This document shows positions 23,200-34,990 of a stretch of DNA of 64,000 nucleotides, piece by piece. Positions within the stretch are counted from its first letter, which is position 1; each line of letters begins with the position of its first letter. Origin of the DNA: Felis catus (lineage: Eukaryota); contig NC_058368.1 of the NCBI RefSeq assembly GCF_018350175.1, positions 184,514,001 to 184,578,000 on the forward strand. The letters are read 5' to 3'. A model generated the notes under the pieces. The model worked only from the letters and a program-made list of their open reading frames with translations, did no database searches and was not told the DNA's origin. A program made the position numbers and the translations under genes.

Positions 23200-26150
23200 A
23201 TGGCAATAAATTCATATCTTTCAGTACTAACTCTAGATGTCAATGGACTAAATGCTCCAATCAAAAGACACAGGGTAATAAAATGTATAAGAAAACAAGA
23301 TCCATCTATATGCTGTTTACAAGAAACCCATTTTATACCTAATGACACCTTCAGATTGAAAGTAAGGGAATGGAGAACCATCTATCATGCTATGGTCACC
23401 AAAAGAAAGCCAGAGTAGCCATACTTATATCATACAATCTAGATTTTAAAATAAAGACTGTAACAAGAGATGAAAAAGGGCATTATATCATAATTAAGGG
23501 TTCCATCCACCAAGATCTAACAATTGTAAACATTTATGCTCTAAATATGAGAGCACCCAAATATATAAATCAATTAATCACAAACATAAAGAAACTCATT
23601 GATAGTAATACCATAATAGTAGGGGACTTCAACACCCCACTTACAACATTGGACAGATCATCTAAACAGAAAATCAACAAGGAAACAATGACTTTGACAC
23701 ACTGAACTGGATGGACCTAACAGATATATTCAGAACATTTCATCGTAAAGCAGCAGAATACACATTCTTCTTGAGTGCACATGGAACATTCTCCAGAACA
23801 GATCACATGCAGGGACATAAATCAGCCCTCAGCACGTACAAAAACACTGAGATCATACTGTACATATTTTCAGACCACAATGCACTGAAACTCAAAATCA
23901 ACCACAAGGATAAACTTGGAAAGACAACAAATACTTCAAGACTAAAGAACATCCTACTAAAGAATGAATGGGCTAACCAAGAAGTTAAAGAAGAAATTAA
24001 AAAGTACATGGAAGGCAATGAAAGTGAAAATACCACAGCCCAAAGCCTCTGAGATGCAACAAAGCATTTAGCAATCCAGTCCCTACTAAAGAAGGAAAAA
24101 AGGCCTCAGATACACAACCTAAGCTTACATCTTAATGAGCTGGAAAAAGAAGAGCAAATAAAGCCCCAAAACAGCAGAAGAGGGGAAATAATAAAGATTA
24201 GAGCAGAAATCAATGCTATCAAAACCAAAAACAATAGAACAGATCAATTAAACCAGGAGCTGGTTCTCTGAAAGAATTAACAAAATTGAAAAACCCCTAG
24301 GCAGTTTGATCAAAAAGAAAAAGGGAAAGACCCAAATAAGTAAAATCAAGAATGAAAGAGGAGACGTCACAACAAACACTGCAGAAATACAAGCCATAGT
24401 AAGAGAATATTATGAGTAATTATATATCAATAAATTGGGCAATCTGGAGAAACAAACAAATTCCTAGAAACACATAAACTTTCAAAACTGAAACCAGAAG
24501 AAATAGAAAATTTGAACAGTAAAGAAATTAGTAAAGAAATCAAATTTGTAATCAAACACCTACCAAAAAACAACAGTCCAGGGCTGGATGGCTTTCCAGG
24601 GGAGTTCTACCAAACATTTAAAGAGTTAACACCTATTCTTTTGAAACTGTTTCAAAAAATAGAAATGGAAGGAAAACTTACAAACTCATTCTATGAAGCC
24701 AGCATTACCTTGATTCCAATACCAGACAAAGACCCCACTACAAAGGAAAACTACAGACCAATTTCCCTGATGAGCACGGATGCAAAAATCCTCAACAAGA
24801 TACTAGCCAACCAGATCCAACAATACATTAAAAGAATTATTCACTATGACCAAGTGGGTTTATACCTGGGATGCAGGACTGGTTCAACATCTGCAAAGCA
24901 GTCAATGTGATACATCACACCAATAAAAGAAAGGACAAGAACAACATGATCTTCTCAAAAGATGCAAGGAAAGCATTTGACAAAATATGATAAAAACCCT
25001 CAAGAAAGTAGGGATAGAAGGATCATACCTCAAGATCATAAAAGCCATATATGAAAGACCCACCACTAATATCATCCTTAATAGGGAAAAACAGAGAGGT
25101 TTCTCCCTAAGGTCAGGAACACAACAAGGACATCCACTCTTGCCAGTGTTATTCAACATACTATTGGAAGTCTTAGCCTCAAAAATCAGACAATACAAAG
25201 GAATAAAAGGCATCCAAATCGGCAAGGAGGAAGTCAAACTTTCACTCTTCACAAATGACATGATACTCTATATGAAAAATCCAAAAGATTCCACTGAAAA
25301 ACTGCTAGACCTTATCCATAAAGTCAGCAAAGTTGCAGGATATAAAATCAATGCAAAGAAATTGGTTGCATTCCTATACACCAATAATGAAGCAACCGAA
25401 AGAGAAATCAAGGAATTAATCCCATTTACAATTGCACCGGGAACCATTTAGGTTTAGGAATAAACCTAACCAAAGAAGGAAAAACCTATACACTGAACAC
25501 TACAGAAACCTTATGAAAGAAATTGAAGAAGACACAAAAAGTAGAAAATATTCCATGATCCTGAATTGGAAGAACAAATATTGTTAAAATGTCAATACTA
25601 CCTAAAGGAATCTACACATTCAATGCAATCCCTGTCAAAATAACACCAGCATTCTTCACAGGGCTAGAAAAAACTATACTAAAATCTGTATGGAACTAGA
25701 AAAGATCCTGAATAGCCAAAGCCAAGTTGAAAAAGAAATCCAAAGCCAGAGACATCACAATTCTGGACTTCAAGCTGTCTTACAAAGCTGTAATCATGAA
25801 GACAGTATGGTACTCGCACAAAACAGATACATAGATCAATGAAACAGAATAGAGAACACAGAAATTGACCTACAAATGAATGGCCAATTAATCTTCAACA
25901 AAGCAGCAGCAAACAATATCCAATGGAAAGAAGACAGTCTCTTCAGCAAATGGTGTTGTGAAAACTGCACAGCAATATGCAGAAGAATGAATCTAGACCA
26001 CTTTTCTAACACCATACACAAAAATAAACTGAAAATGGATGAAAGACAGGAAGCCGTCAAAATCCTAGTGGAGAAAACAAGCAACAACCTCTTTGATCTC
26101 GGCCACAGAAACTTTTTACTAGACTTGTCTCCGGAGGCAAGGGAAACAGA
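23200..26150 (+). pseudogene. L1 ORF2p endonuclease/reverse transcriptase (frameshifted, 3' truncated)
   Basis: [46 protein letters not shown]. Confidence 0.95.
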
Positions 26151-26649
26151 AACTATTATTCTCTATATTTGTCTGCCTGTCTCTCCAAATGTTGGGGGCA
26201 GAAGTTTGCCCTGTGACCTCATTTCTCTGGAAAATCTAAGAAAAGGTGCTGATTTTTCAGTTCATTCACCATTTTACTTGTTAGGACAAAGCTTGTTAGA
26301 CTTGTTAGACTTCAAAGGTCTTTACATGTCAGACTGGAAATCACGAGTCCCCATTTTTTCCCTCTAGTTTACCAGTTCCTTCAATTCTAATATCATCCTG
26401 TGGCTCAAAGAAGATCCAGAATATGCTCAGCTGCTTCCATAATATGTCCCCCATTGGCACACAGCTCCTGAAACAATCCATGAGTTTGCTTACACTTATC
26501 TAACATCCACATATTAGAGTTCTCTTTTTGTTCTCTTATAACAGAGTACTTACCATAACTTTCAGCATTTTGGTGAAGTCTTTTCCATACATCACCAAAA
26601 CTGATTAAATAATAGAAAATCTAAAAAGCAGTTGGATTATATAGTCTAC

Positions 26650-26890
26650 CTATATTCAAATCAATAATCCTTTTAGCTAAATTTGTGTTCAAGGCAATAT
26701 GGAGAATAAAGATAGTTTGTGGCCTGCTACTTTCCTTATAGCAGACGTGCCTTTACACATGACAGACATTTCTGTTTCTTCAATAATGTCTGCCTTGTTG
26801 CAAGTCCAGGATTTGCTGGTATTCTGGAAAGTTATCACCAATCTCTGATGAGAATCCATTCTCTTAGTTGTGGTGAGAAGCTTCAAGAAC
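26650..26890 (-). pseudogene. FN3-like exon remnant
   Basis: ORF 26689-26886: RLVITFQ, TSAIRKVAGHK(+1)YL; donor ATATAG|gtagac. Confidence 0.45.
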
Positions 26891-26919
26891 TATCATCCCC
26901 TATATGCTCTCCTCATATC

Positions 26920-27490
26920 GTCAGAGCATATTGGATCTCAGCTGTAGATAACAGAAAGCCTAAATCAAATGTTCTTATGCCAAAGGGAATTTATTGGCTC
27001 TTGTGAATGGAGAGCTTAGAATAGTAGCACTCATTTCAGAGACAGTCTGATAGTACACAATCTTCTGACCCATCTCTGCACTCTTCTGTGCTCTTGCTTT
27101 GTTCTCAAACCACTCTTTTTTGTGCGTGTTTCTATGAAGACTACTGCATCGAATGCAAACCTTCTCTTCTCAACCACCTCAAGTCCAGGAGGAAAGAATG
27201 ACCTATCTTCCAGGATTTCCAGAAAGGTTTCATTGAATTATTGGTTCTTTATGGTTCTGAATAGGCAGAGGGCCCACCCCTGATCCAATCACAGTTGCCC
27301 AGGGAATGTGAGATGCTGGTTAGTTATGGCCCAAATCAGGTAATCAATCCACCCATGAACAAAGAATGAGCCAACTCCCCCAGAAACCCTTGGATAGAAA
27401 CCTGGGGACGATAGGTAGCTCAGAGTAGAAAAGCAATACAATTAATAGAATATGGATGAATGGGTACCAAGCAGCCAGATCAACATCTAT
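26920..27490 (-). mobile_element. LTR16/LTR33-like ERVL LTR
   Basis: AACAGAAAGCC...AAAGGGAATTTATTGGCTC; CCAATCACAG motif. Confidence 0.6.
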
Positions 27491-27910
27491 TGTCTAGCTT
27501 GGAAAATTAGACTTAATCTGTGGTTATTCACATCAGCAGGTCTTGGATGAACAACTCAAAAGTAAATTTTACAGTTTGTGGCAATTTACTTTTTCTCTTT
27601 TTCTTCAGATCATATTTACATGATTATAGTACTAAGATTTTGGTATTTATGATATTGTTACTTTATTGTTGGTACTTAATCTAATGTTTTGCTTATAATT
27701 TCACAATTAATTTAGTTACTTTGAAGGAGATTTTGATACCATGAACTAAAGATTATTTACTGGTAAAAAAATAAATAGCAGGAACTAAAAAGAGAAAATA
27801 AAGGTCCTGGTTCTGTGAAAATGTTCTTTCTACTTCATATAATAATGAGTGAGACTAAAAAATAAATTTTAAATATGATTTGTGATTTTTTTGGTATCAT
27901 TATTTTTAAA

Positions 27911-27918
27911 CACAAACA

Positions 27919-27961
<43 letters not shown>
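27911..27961. repeat. (CA)n microsatellite
   Basis: Direct read. Confidence 0.95.
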
Positions 27962-27964
<3 letters not shown>

Positions 27965-28069
27965 TCTTCATCTCCCAATGGAGGATATGCACATGGTTGT
28001 CATAACAGTTAATGATAATTCATCAATGTTGAATTGCTATGAGTTTCATTTATACAATTATTATTATTA

Positions 28070-28313
28070 TTAATGCAAAATAATAAATACGAAGTTGCTT
28101 TATATGTTTACAATTGTACAAGACAAATCACAGAGTTGATTAAATCAAAAGTAAATTTGACCAGTCATGTACTCTGTACATGTACATATACATGTAACTG
28201 TGGTGGTATGCACAAGGCAAAGACTAAAGACCATCAATTAGAATTCTGGTCAAAAGGGTGAGGGGCAATAAGCTCCATTAAAAGGCTTCTTACATTCAAT
28301 ATCACTGACATGC
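28070..28313 (-). pseudogene. FN3-like exon remnant
   Basis: HVSDIECK, EAF*WS, LIDG, FTFDLINSVICLVQL*TYK. Confidence 0.6.
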
Positions 28314-28413
28314 CTGTAAGTTACAGAAATGATAGAGTACAACAGAAACCATATCAGACAAAGGAAGTCCTGAGTAGGGGGTCATTAGTGTTAAATAAAT
28401 ATTCAACACTCAC

Positions 28414-28543
28414 TTTCCACAGTACTGAAATGCTGGCAGGCTGAATCCCAAGGCCCCCACAGACCTAACTCTCACAGCAATGTGGTTTTGAATTAACAAA
28501 CTTTGGAGCTCAGTAAACGTACTTTAGTCCTCATGCCCCGGAG
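28414..28543 (-). pseudogene. FN3 C-terminal half exon (130 nt, one stop)
   Basis: ccccttttcctcatatag|CT, PGHED*STFTELQSLLIQNHIAVRVRSVGALGFSLPA, |gtgagt. Confidence 0.75.
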
Positions 28544-28681
28544 CTATATGAGGAAAAGGGGGAGATATGCTGAAATGTAAAGTATTGTTCCTGTTCTCAC
28601 ACCACCCAACAAAGAAAGATGTAAAAATCACATGGTATCCTCTATAAGCCAATGAACTACGTGCACTTCACAAATATTTAC

Positions 28682-28803
28682 CGAGCTCCTAATAAACGTC
28701 AGGTGCAATTTCCAAATGTGGTTTACAGATTGAATTCTCAGCTCACTGCAATCTCCAAGATCTTAGAATGAATCTCTGGATAATTCTCATTACAAGACAT
28801 TAG
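28682..28803 (-). pseudogene. FN3 N-terminal half exon
   Basis: Long pyrimidine tract + aag|CT; NVL**ELSRDSF*.SWR; 3' boundary uncertain (also L2-tail-like). Confidence 0.55.
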
Positions 28804-28884
28804 CTTGACCACAGGGAAAGAAGGAAAGGGAAAAAAGCAGCTTTAGCTCTCGAGGGAAGTCTTCTCTAAATAACCAGAATCCCA

Positions 28885-29050
28885 GTGTATTGTACTGAAA
28901 CAGAAAGACTGACATCTGAAATTAAGCAGACCTGAATATGTCTTGACACCCACCAATGGCAGACTGTGGACATTGGTCAACTTGCTGAATTTCTTTGAGC
29001 TTGAGTATAATCATCCATAAATGGGTAATCACTACAACTTCACAGGTTTG
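28885..29050 (+). mobile_element. MIR fragment
   Basis: Degenerate MIR core. Confidence 0.6.
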
Positions 29051-29436
29051 CTTAGAGCAAACACTCTTCATCTAAATTTTGGGGCGATTTCTTCATTGAC
29101 CTGAAATTATGTAGAAAAAAGAAATCCGCGTATGTATTATTTTGTGTGGTTAGCTATAACATTAGTCTTATTAGTATACTACTGTCAAGCAGTGCCATAC
29201 ACTAGTGTATTTAATCTTGTATATTTTTAGATTTTATTTTATTTAAATTATGTATATATCTATCCCTCTGTTTTCAGAAAAGAAAAAGACCATAAATTTA
29301 CTCTCACTAAGCTTTCAAAAAATTCCACATATCTCTGAGTTTCTCTATCCGTTACGGATTTCGAGCATAGGATTTCCAGGAAGCATCTTGCTTTACCTCA
29401 GCACCCAAGAGATTATTTTCACTATGTCTAAAATAC

Positions 29437-29770
29437 CTTATCCAGTAAGGACGAGAGGGAAAAGAAACTTTTCCATTTAATTGCTTCTTTGATTTGTATC
29501 AGCTGCCTTAGCTTTGTTGCTGATGCCAAGCATACTTAGAAGAGTTGGAAGGTGAGAGATAACAGAAGAGTAGCTTCTGTGTGGCTTACAAATGCAAAGC
29601 AAAGCATCTTTATTGATATTCTGTTTAAAGAGTTCACTGAGGTGCAGCTCACAGTTGTCGAATGGAATGGAAAACAGAAATCCCTTTGAAAATAAGAGAT
29701 AGAATTCAAGGTCAGTCTCCCACAAGCCAGTATTCCCTCTACCCTCACCTTTTTTGGAAACGGTAAATCA
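29437..29770 (-). pseudogene. FN3-like exon remnant
   Basis: Two overlapping ORF-track frames: DLPFPKKVRVEGI then WET...PFDNCELHL...KDALLCICKPHRSYSSVIS; ends PLVLTG. Confidence 0.7.
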
Positions 29771-29949
29771 TTTATCTGGGTTTGTTCACTGCATGCTGAT
29801 GGTATCACACCTTATCACTGTCTAAAAGAACACTTCACTAGCATATTTTAAAAACAACAATTTATCTTCTCTTGTCCCCTAAGCTAATTTGAACCCCAAA
29901 AGTCTCACTGGAAAAAAAACTTGTAAGTTGCAATGCTTCTGATAAAAGT

Positions 29950-30229
29950 TAAAACTTTCTTAGATCTGTCATTCAAAGTTAATGAATAGTAGATATATCC
30001 TTAGCAGATACATCTTCTCTTAGATGGGCTCAATGTGTCTACTCTAATGACAAATTTCGGAAAACATTCACATCATTTAAGACAAAAGGAGAATTCTTAT
30101 ATTATTCTTTTGTGGATGACAATGTGTTTCTGGTCATCTTTTCGGCACTTCTTTTATTCTGGACCTCTCAAGAGAGAAAAGATTGGCAATGAGTCGCTGA
30201 CAACATCATATTACCAAAGCAAAAGATAC
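29950..30229 (-). pseudogene. FN3-like exon remnant
   Basis: ttag|GT, GNMMLSATHCQSFLS*EV, VDTLSPSKRRC. Confidence 0.6.
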
Positions 30230-30234
30230 CTAAG

Positions 30235-30362
30235 CCAGAAGTACTCAAACTTGAGCTCCACCCACATTTCAGGAGGTCAGGGCTGAGGCTCAAGAATATG
30301 TATTTCTAAGTTTGCCAAGTGACACGCTGCTGGCCTGGGGACTGCACTATGACAATCATTGG
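30235..30362. mobile_element. MER5A-like hAT element
   Basis: CTCAAACTTGAG...GGCTCAAGAATATGTATTTCTAA...GCTGCTGGCCTGGGGAC. Confidence 0.7.
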
Positions 30363-30419
30363 CTTCAACCATAGCAAGATAAATTCACAATCATTAGCAT
30401 TAGGACTTTAAAGTATTAC

Positions 30420-31422
30420 TTGATTGCTGGTTAAGTGATTTCTAAAAACGTGAACTGTAAAAATGCTGAATAAAGACAGCGAAATCTGTATCACATCTAT
30501 GACAAAATCAGTTTAGCAGGCATGATATTCTGAGACTACTAAAATACAGGTGTGCTACAAAATGTAAAATTATATTTTCTGCTAATGGACAAATAAGATG
30601 CAAATTATGTTCAGTCATGCAAAAATAAATTATGTTTTCCTACACACCTAAGTTATGAGGCATAAAACATTATTAAAAGGTAAACTGAGGCACGTTAAAG
30701 TGTTTTCTTTCCAAGAGTTTCTTTGAGCATACATGGATTGAAACTGGGCAGCACAAAACCCAAGGCGGTTAAAAGCATTCCACTGAGAGAAGCTCGGGGA
30801 ACAGGTTTTATAAAGAAGATATGGAAGCAAAGCAAGAAAATTATTTGACTGGACACAGCTTAAGCAGTTGGCGTATTTGGGAGAGTGTAGTTGGCTATTT
30901 GTGATTGGTTGTTTTAAGTTTCATTTTCTCAGACTTGAGCGCACTCACTCTGGCTTAGGTTCTGGTTTACATAGGTAGGCTACCAAGGCATCAGAGCCAT
31001 CCCAATCTAGTGGCCTCCTCATTAAATTACTTTTAACAACATTACAACTGTTTTATTCATTTTGAGGGGCCAGATATTTCCTGGTGCTTTCTTGCTGATG
31101 GCTGTGCCAAATTTAATTAGCATGTGAATTTTATATTTCCTTTGTCAAATATTGATCCAGGTATAAATTTTACATTTTCTACAACTTGAATGTTCATATT
31201 ATTAGATAATTTTGAATGTTCCTCTGACAATAGAGACCAGAGTACATTTTTCTTCAAAGAATATATAAGAAACATGAAACTTCAAGCCAGGGCCAAAAGA
31301 TAAACAACAACAAAAACAACAAAAAGAGCTCATGTTTAAGGAACATAGAAAGGCTCTGTATCATTGGTGTGCATGAACAAGCCACACTGGCAGTAAATAG
31401 TTCTCCTCCAAAAGGAAATGTC
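30420..31422 (-). pseudogene. EGF-end plus two FN3-like repeats, split by an LTR
   Basis: Strong acceptor ttgttctttag|GA; PFGGE, SLNMSSF..W, FIPGSIF; after the LTR MPHNLGV, YNFTF, QNIMPA.TDFVIDV. Confidence 0.6.
30671..31038 (-). mobile_element. MER67-like ERV1 solo LTR
   Basis: Minus strand starts TGTTAAAAGTAATTTAATGAGGAGGCCACTAG; 4-bp TSD ACAT on both sides. Confidence 0.75.
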
Positions 31423-31465
31423 CTAAAGAACAACCAAGAAAAGAAAATGATTCCTCAGGATGTTT

Positions 31466-31534
31466 TTTGTTTGTTTGTTTGTTTGTTTATTTTTGAGACA
31501 GAGAGAGAGCAAGTGGGGAAGGAGCAGAGAGAGT

Positions 31535-31599
<65 letters not shown>

Positions 31600-31724
31600 C
31601 CAAGCAGGCTCTGAGCTGTCAGTGCAGAGCCCAGTGTGGGGCTTGAGCTCACAAACTGTGAGATCATGACCTGAGCTGACACCAAGAGTCGGACACTTAA
31701 CTGACTGAGCCTCCCAGGTGTCCC
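31466..31724 (-). mobile_element. Can-SINE with long (CT)n tract
   Basis: Perfect 18-bp TSD TGATTCCTCAGGATGTTT (31448-31465, 31725-31742). Confidence 0.95.
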
Positions 31725-32146
31725 TGATTCCTCAGGATGTTTAAATTAAAATCAGGACAAAAAGAAATGATGAATATATCTTCTGCAGTAATACTTTAAT
31801 ATTTTGAGTCTTCTAAGCTTGCCTCTCCCCAAAATCTAGTATTATTCAAAAGTGCCCAAAGAACCTAAGAACACATAGAAAACACAAACTATAGACCTAT
31901 AATTGAATTGCTCAATTTATTTAAACAAAACAAGAAGGGTAAAGCAGCTATCCTTCAACTTTGGTGAGTATAGCTTGTGAAAACTAAAGATCCTTGCACT
32001 TTACTCCCAAAGAATTTGATACATTAATTTGAGCGGGCCCAGGAATCTGTATTTACAAATGATTACGACAAAGACCAAGGTGGAAAACTCTGAAAGCAAT
32101 GGTAATCCTTGAAGCATTCTTTCCTCTTCTATGCCTTGTTTCTTAC

Positions 32147-32283
32147 CCTGCTGTGGTTCACTTCCCCACCCAGGATTGCCCACAAGGACTCACCAATAGT
32201 CACCAAACTTCAATTAGCTATGTTACCGAAATTAAATGTTACATTCTAATATACTTTTGTACACACTCTACCAATGCAAATAA
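32147..32283 (-). pseudogene. EGF-like exon remnant
   Basis: tttag|TT, ICIGRVCT ... YW*V...PGWG, CAGG|gtaaga. Confidence 0.45.
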
Positions 32284-32384
32284 CTAAACATCAACTTCTT
32301 ATTGAATAGTGTCTTTAAAAATAAGACATATAAAGACATAAACAGTTCAAAATGTCCCTTTCTTTGAAAACCTTAGCATTATGC

Positions 32385-32478
32385 CAAAGTTTGCCCAAGA
32401 CTTTCCAGTTTAAACACTATAAACCCTATGGCCCAGGAACCCCTTAATCCTAGGAAAATCAGGCCAGTTGGTAAACCC
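32385..32478. mobile_element. MER81-like hAT-Blackjack fragment
   Basis: GTTTGCCCAAGACTTTCC...CAGTTGGTAAACCC. Confidence 0.55.
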
Positions 32479-32689
32479 ACCAATTAATCTGTAATGGAAT
32501 GTTCATGTTTCACTCCCATATGCCTATATAGTAGCCGAAGCAATGAAAACAAAGCAAAACAAAAACGAAACAAACAACAACAAAAAACCCACCTTTAATC
32601 TAGAGGTTTTTTCTTCTTTTTCAATTGCACTCTTGCTCCTATTATGCTGATACTCTTCACTTATTTTTCAGAACAAGAAACAAGACATC

Positions 32690-32812
32690 AAATAGCCATC
32701 CAATCCATGAATGACTTGAGGGCAAGTACAGCATCATATCCAACTTTTTATCCCCATTGTCTAATCTAGTGCCCGACACTTTGAAAGACATTCAATAAAG
32801 TTTTGGTGAATA
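32690..32812 (+). mobile_element. L2 3' end
   Basis: CTTGAGGGCA...AGTGCCCGACAC...TTCAATAAA. Confidence 0.6.
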
Positions 32813-32865
32813 AGAGAAGTTGGACTTCAAAATATTGCTTTCCATATGCAAGAAAGAAGTCTTTT

Positions 32866-33073
32866 ACTTCTGTGAATATGCTCAAAGGCAGGTGTCGTCA
32901 CCCCCAAGTACCAACAAATGCATGGTGCCATTTGCAAACCAGGAATATGCTCCATTTGCAAACTAGCCTTTTTCCTCCAAAAGCTTTTCAGAAAGTAGTG
33001 GCTCTCAAATTTATCTGTCAGAAGAACTGCTGAAGTGCCAGAGAAAAAATCTGTTATCTGTTGTGAAGTCTGC
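32866..33073 (-). pseudogene. EGF-like exon remnant
   Basis: tttccttaaag|CA; AFGGK, ANGT.CI, GDDTCL*A. Confidence 0.45.
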
Positions 33074-33119
33074 TTTAAGGAAATAAAGAAATGCATATAT
33101 TTGTACAACCAAAGGCTAG

Positions 33120-33260
33120 GACATTCATCCCAGACCTTTTAATGTCCATCACTAAAGATGCCAGGAAAGTCAGATTAAGTTCAGATGCATTTCTCCTGAT
33201 TCCTAGTGACAGCTGGGAGGCATCTGACAGCCATCTGACTGACAGTGGAAAAGTTTCTTC
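33120..33260 (-). pseudogene. EGF-like exon remnant
   Basis: ttctccctcatag|GA; GRNFST...RCLPAVTRNQEKCI*T*SDFPGIFSDGH; single substitutions restore C-I-C-S-D-G-Y. Confidence 0.6.
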
Positions 33261-33484
33261 CTATGAGGGAGAAAATTGTAGGACCAACTATCAAACTAGG
33301 ACACCAAAGTGAACACTTGAAAGCTTTCCAGAGATTCAATCAAGAGGCTTAGAAATTCTGACTCTTATTTGAAACATGTATCACAAAAACATCAGCAAAA
33401 ATCAAAAATTCAGAAATCAATAAACCCACTATCATCATTTCACATCAACTGAAGTTATGAAGATTCCCAAATATCACAGAGACA

Positions 33485-33487
<3 letters not shown>

Positions 33488-33522
<35 letters not shown>
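33488..33522. repeat. (TG)n microsatellite
   Basis: Direct read. Confidence 0.95.
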
Positions 33523-33525
<3 letters not shown>

Positions 33526-33940
33526 CACCTGACCAGGTGTGTGTAGGTCTGAGAAGAAAATATAACAGGACTGTGAAGAAGATACAGATTTCACACAAAG
33601 AACAAGTGATTTGGTAGCTGGCAGTTCACACTCATATAGCTAATTTGAAAACTCTGTATATAAATAACTTTTCTATCCAAATCTTAATCTTTACCTTTGC
33701 ACTAATCACTTCTTTACACATTTCAGTCACCCATTAACAATCAAAAGCCCCTGAAAAACAACCTTTGACCCATAACCTTTCAACATGGTCTTTCAATATT
33801 CTCTTGTCTCTGACCACACCACTCATACTTTCCTATTACCTCTACCTGAAACAACAAGTTCAAGGCTTTTCCTCCCCGCCCCCTCCCACCTAAGCTCCAT
33901 TATTTTGATGCCTTTCCTTTAGCATCCTAGCTCCTCTTAC

Positions 33941-34178
33941 ACTGACAAACAGACTGATGAAGGACAGAAGCACACAGCTTTTACAAAGTCTTTTCACTTA
34001 GGCAGTATAGGATGATGTGGCTCAGTCAAATTCTTCCAAAGAATTCAATAGGCACTGAGAATATTTGTTATTTCTTCCATTTCACACTCTTTCTCTCTGG
34101 GGTTTCTGTGCTGACAGCTGACTTTGACAGTATGTTCCATTCTGATGTCACCCCAGGCATGTAATAGTTAGGTCGAAG
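33941..34178 (-). pseudogene. Two-EGF exon remnant (238 nt)
   Basis: TCLG*HQNGTYCQ, VSCQH...KECEME, QCLLNS, VCFCPS; aag|CT and |gtaaga. Confidence 0.6.
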
Positions 34179-34849
34179 CTTTAACAAGAGTAATTCAATC
34201 CAGATGAAGAGGAAACACGTAGGTAATAAAATTGTGGGTGTATTTATCATAGCCTAAGATGACGGAGGCATTTATTTTTAAACCCAAACAATTATTTCCA
34301 TAATGACTTCTACCATTAAGAGTTTTACATTTGTTTTATTTTGCTTGGTGTTGGGGGGGGAGGGTAGGTGGGGGGACTTCTAATTTTGTTTGGTTTCGCT
34401 TTGCTTTTGGCTTTAGCGCTTTTTTTTGCAATTTCTTTGGAGGATACTAACATGACCCACTAGAATTGCTCCATAGATTATTTCTAAAGTTTCTCCTGAA
34501 AAATATGCAATTTGACCTCTCTTGGGCATTCCCAAGGTGAATAGTTTGGGTTAAATAAATAAAGATTATATATATTCTGCAAAAGACACTGTACTTGTAC
34601 ATATTATTTAATGATAAGTCAATAATTCTTTACTGTTAGAAAGATAAAATCATCACAGAATAAGAAACAATCTTACTTATCACACATCTTATGTAGGTTA
34701 TAGGCTTGTGTGAGTCATGAATTTTTATAGATTTAGGCATGAAACCTTTTATGCCTTCATGCAGACTGGTTTAGGAAAACAGAAAATGTCAGATCACATA
34801 AAGAAGTCATTGCCATGGGTGAAAGGAGATATAGAATTTTGGAATCTGC

Positions 34850-34925
34850 ATGTTCAGTCCTTACCATTCCCCCTCTAACTCCTGTGCAAATTCAAGCTTC
34901 TTCACTCCTGGGTCAAGATGAAAAG
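34850..34925 (-). pseudogene. EGF C-terminal remnant
   Basis: A*ICTG...NGKD*T (TGA for Cys codons). Confidence 0.4.
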
Positions 34926-34990
34926 TGACAAAGACTCTCCTTGGCCAAACTCTATCCAGGTTCCTCTAAGCTCTTTTTGACTAGGTCAAA
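34926..34990 (+). mobile_element. MER31-like LTR 5' fragment
   Basis: TGACAAAGACTCTCCTTGGCCAAACT...CCTCTAAGC. Confidence 0.6.

Larger units (their letters stand above)
20562..26150 (+). mobile_element. Feliform L1 with 5' UTR, disrupted ORF1 and ORF2; 3' end missing
   Basis: Starts GGAGGGGCCAAGATGGC; ORF track shows ORF1p and endonuclease/RT fragments. Confidence 0.95.
16850..26350 (-). mobile_element. Old L1M (L1MC-like), interrupted by younger insertions
   Basis: Antisense ORF2-like sequence 16850-20560; 5'-end-like segment 26150-26350. Confidence 0.8.
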
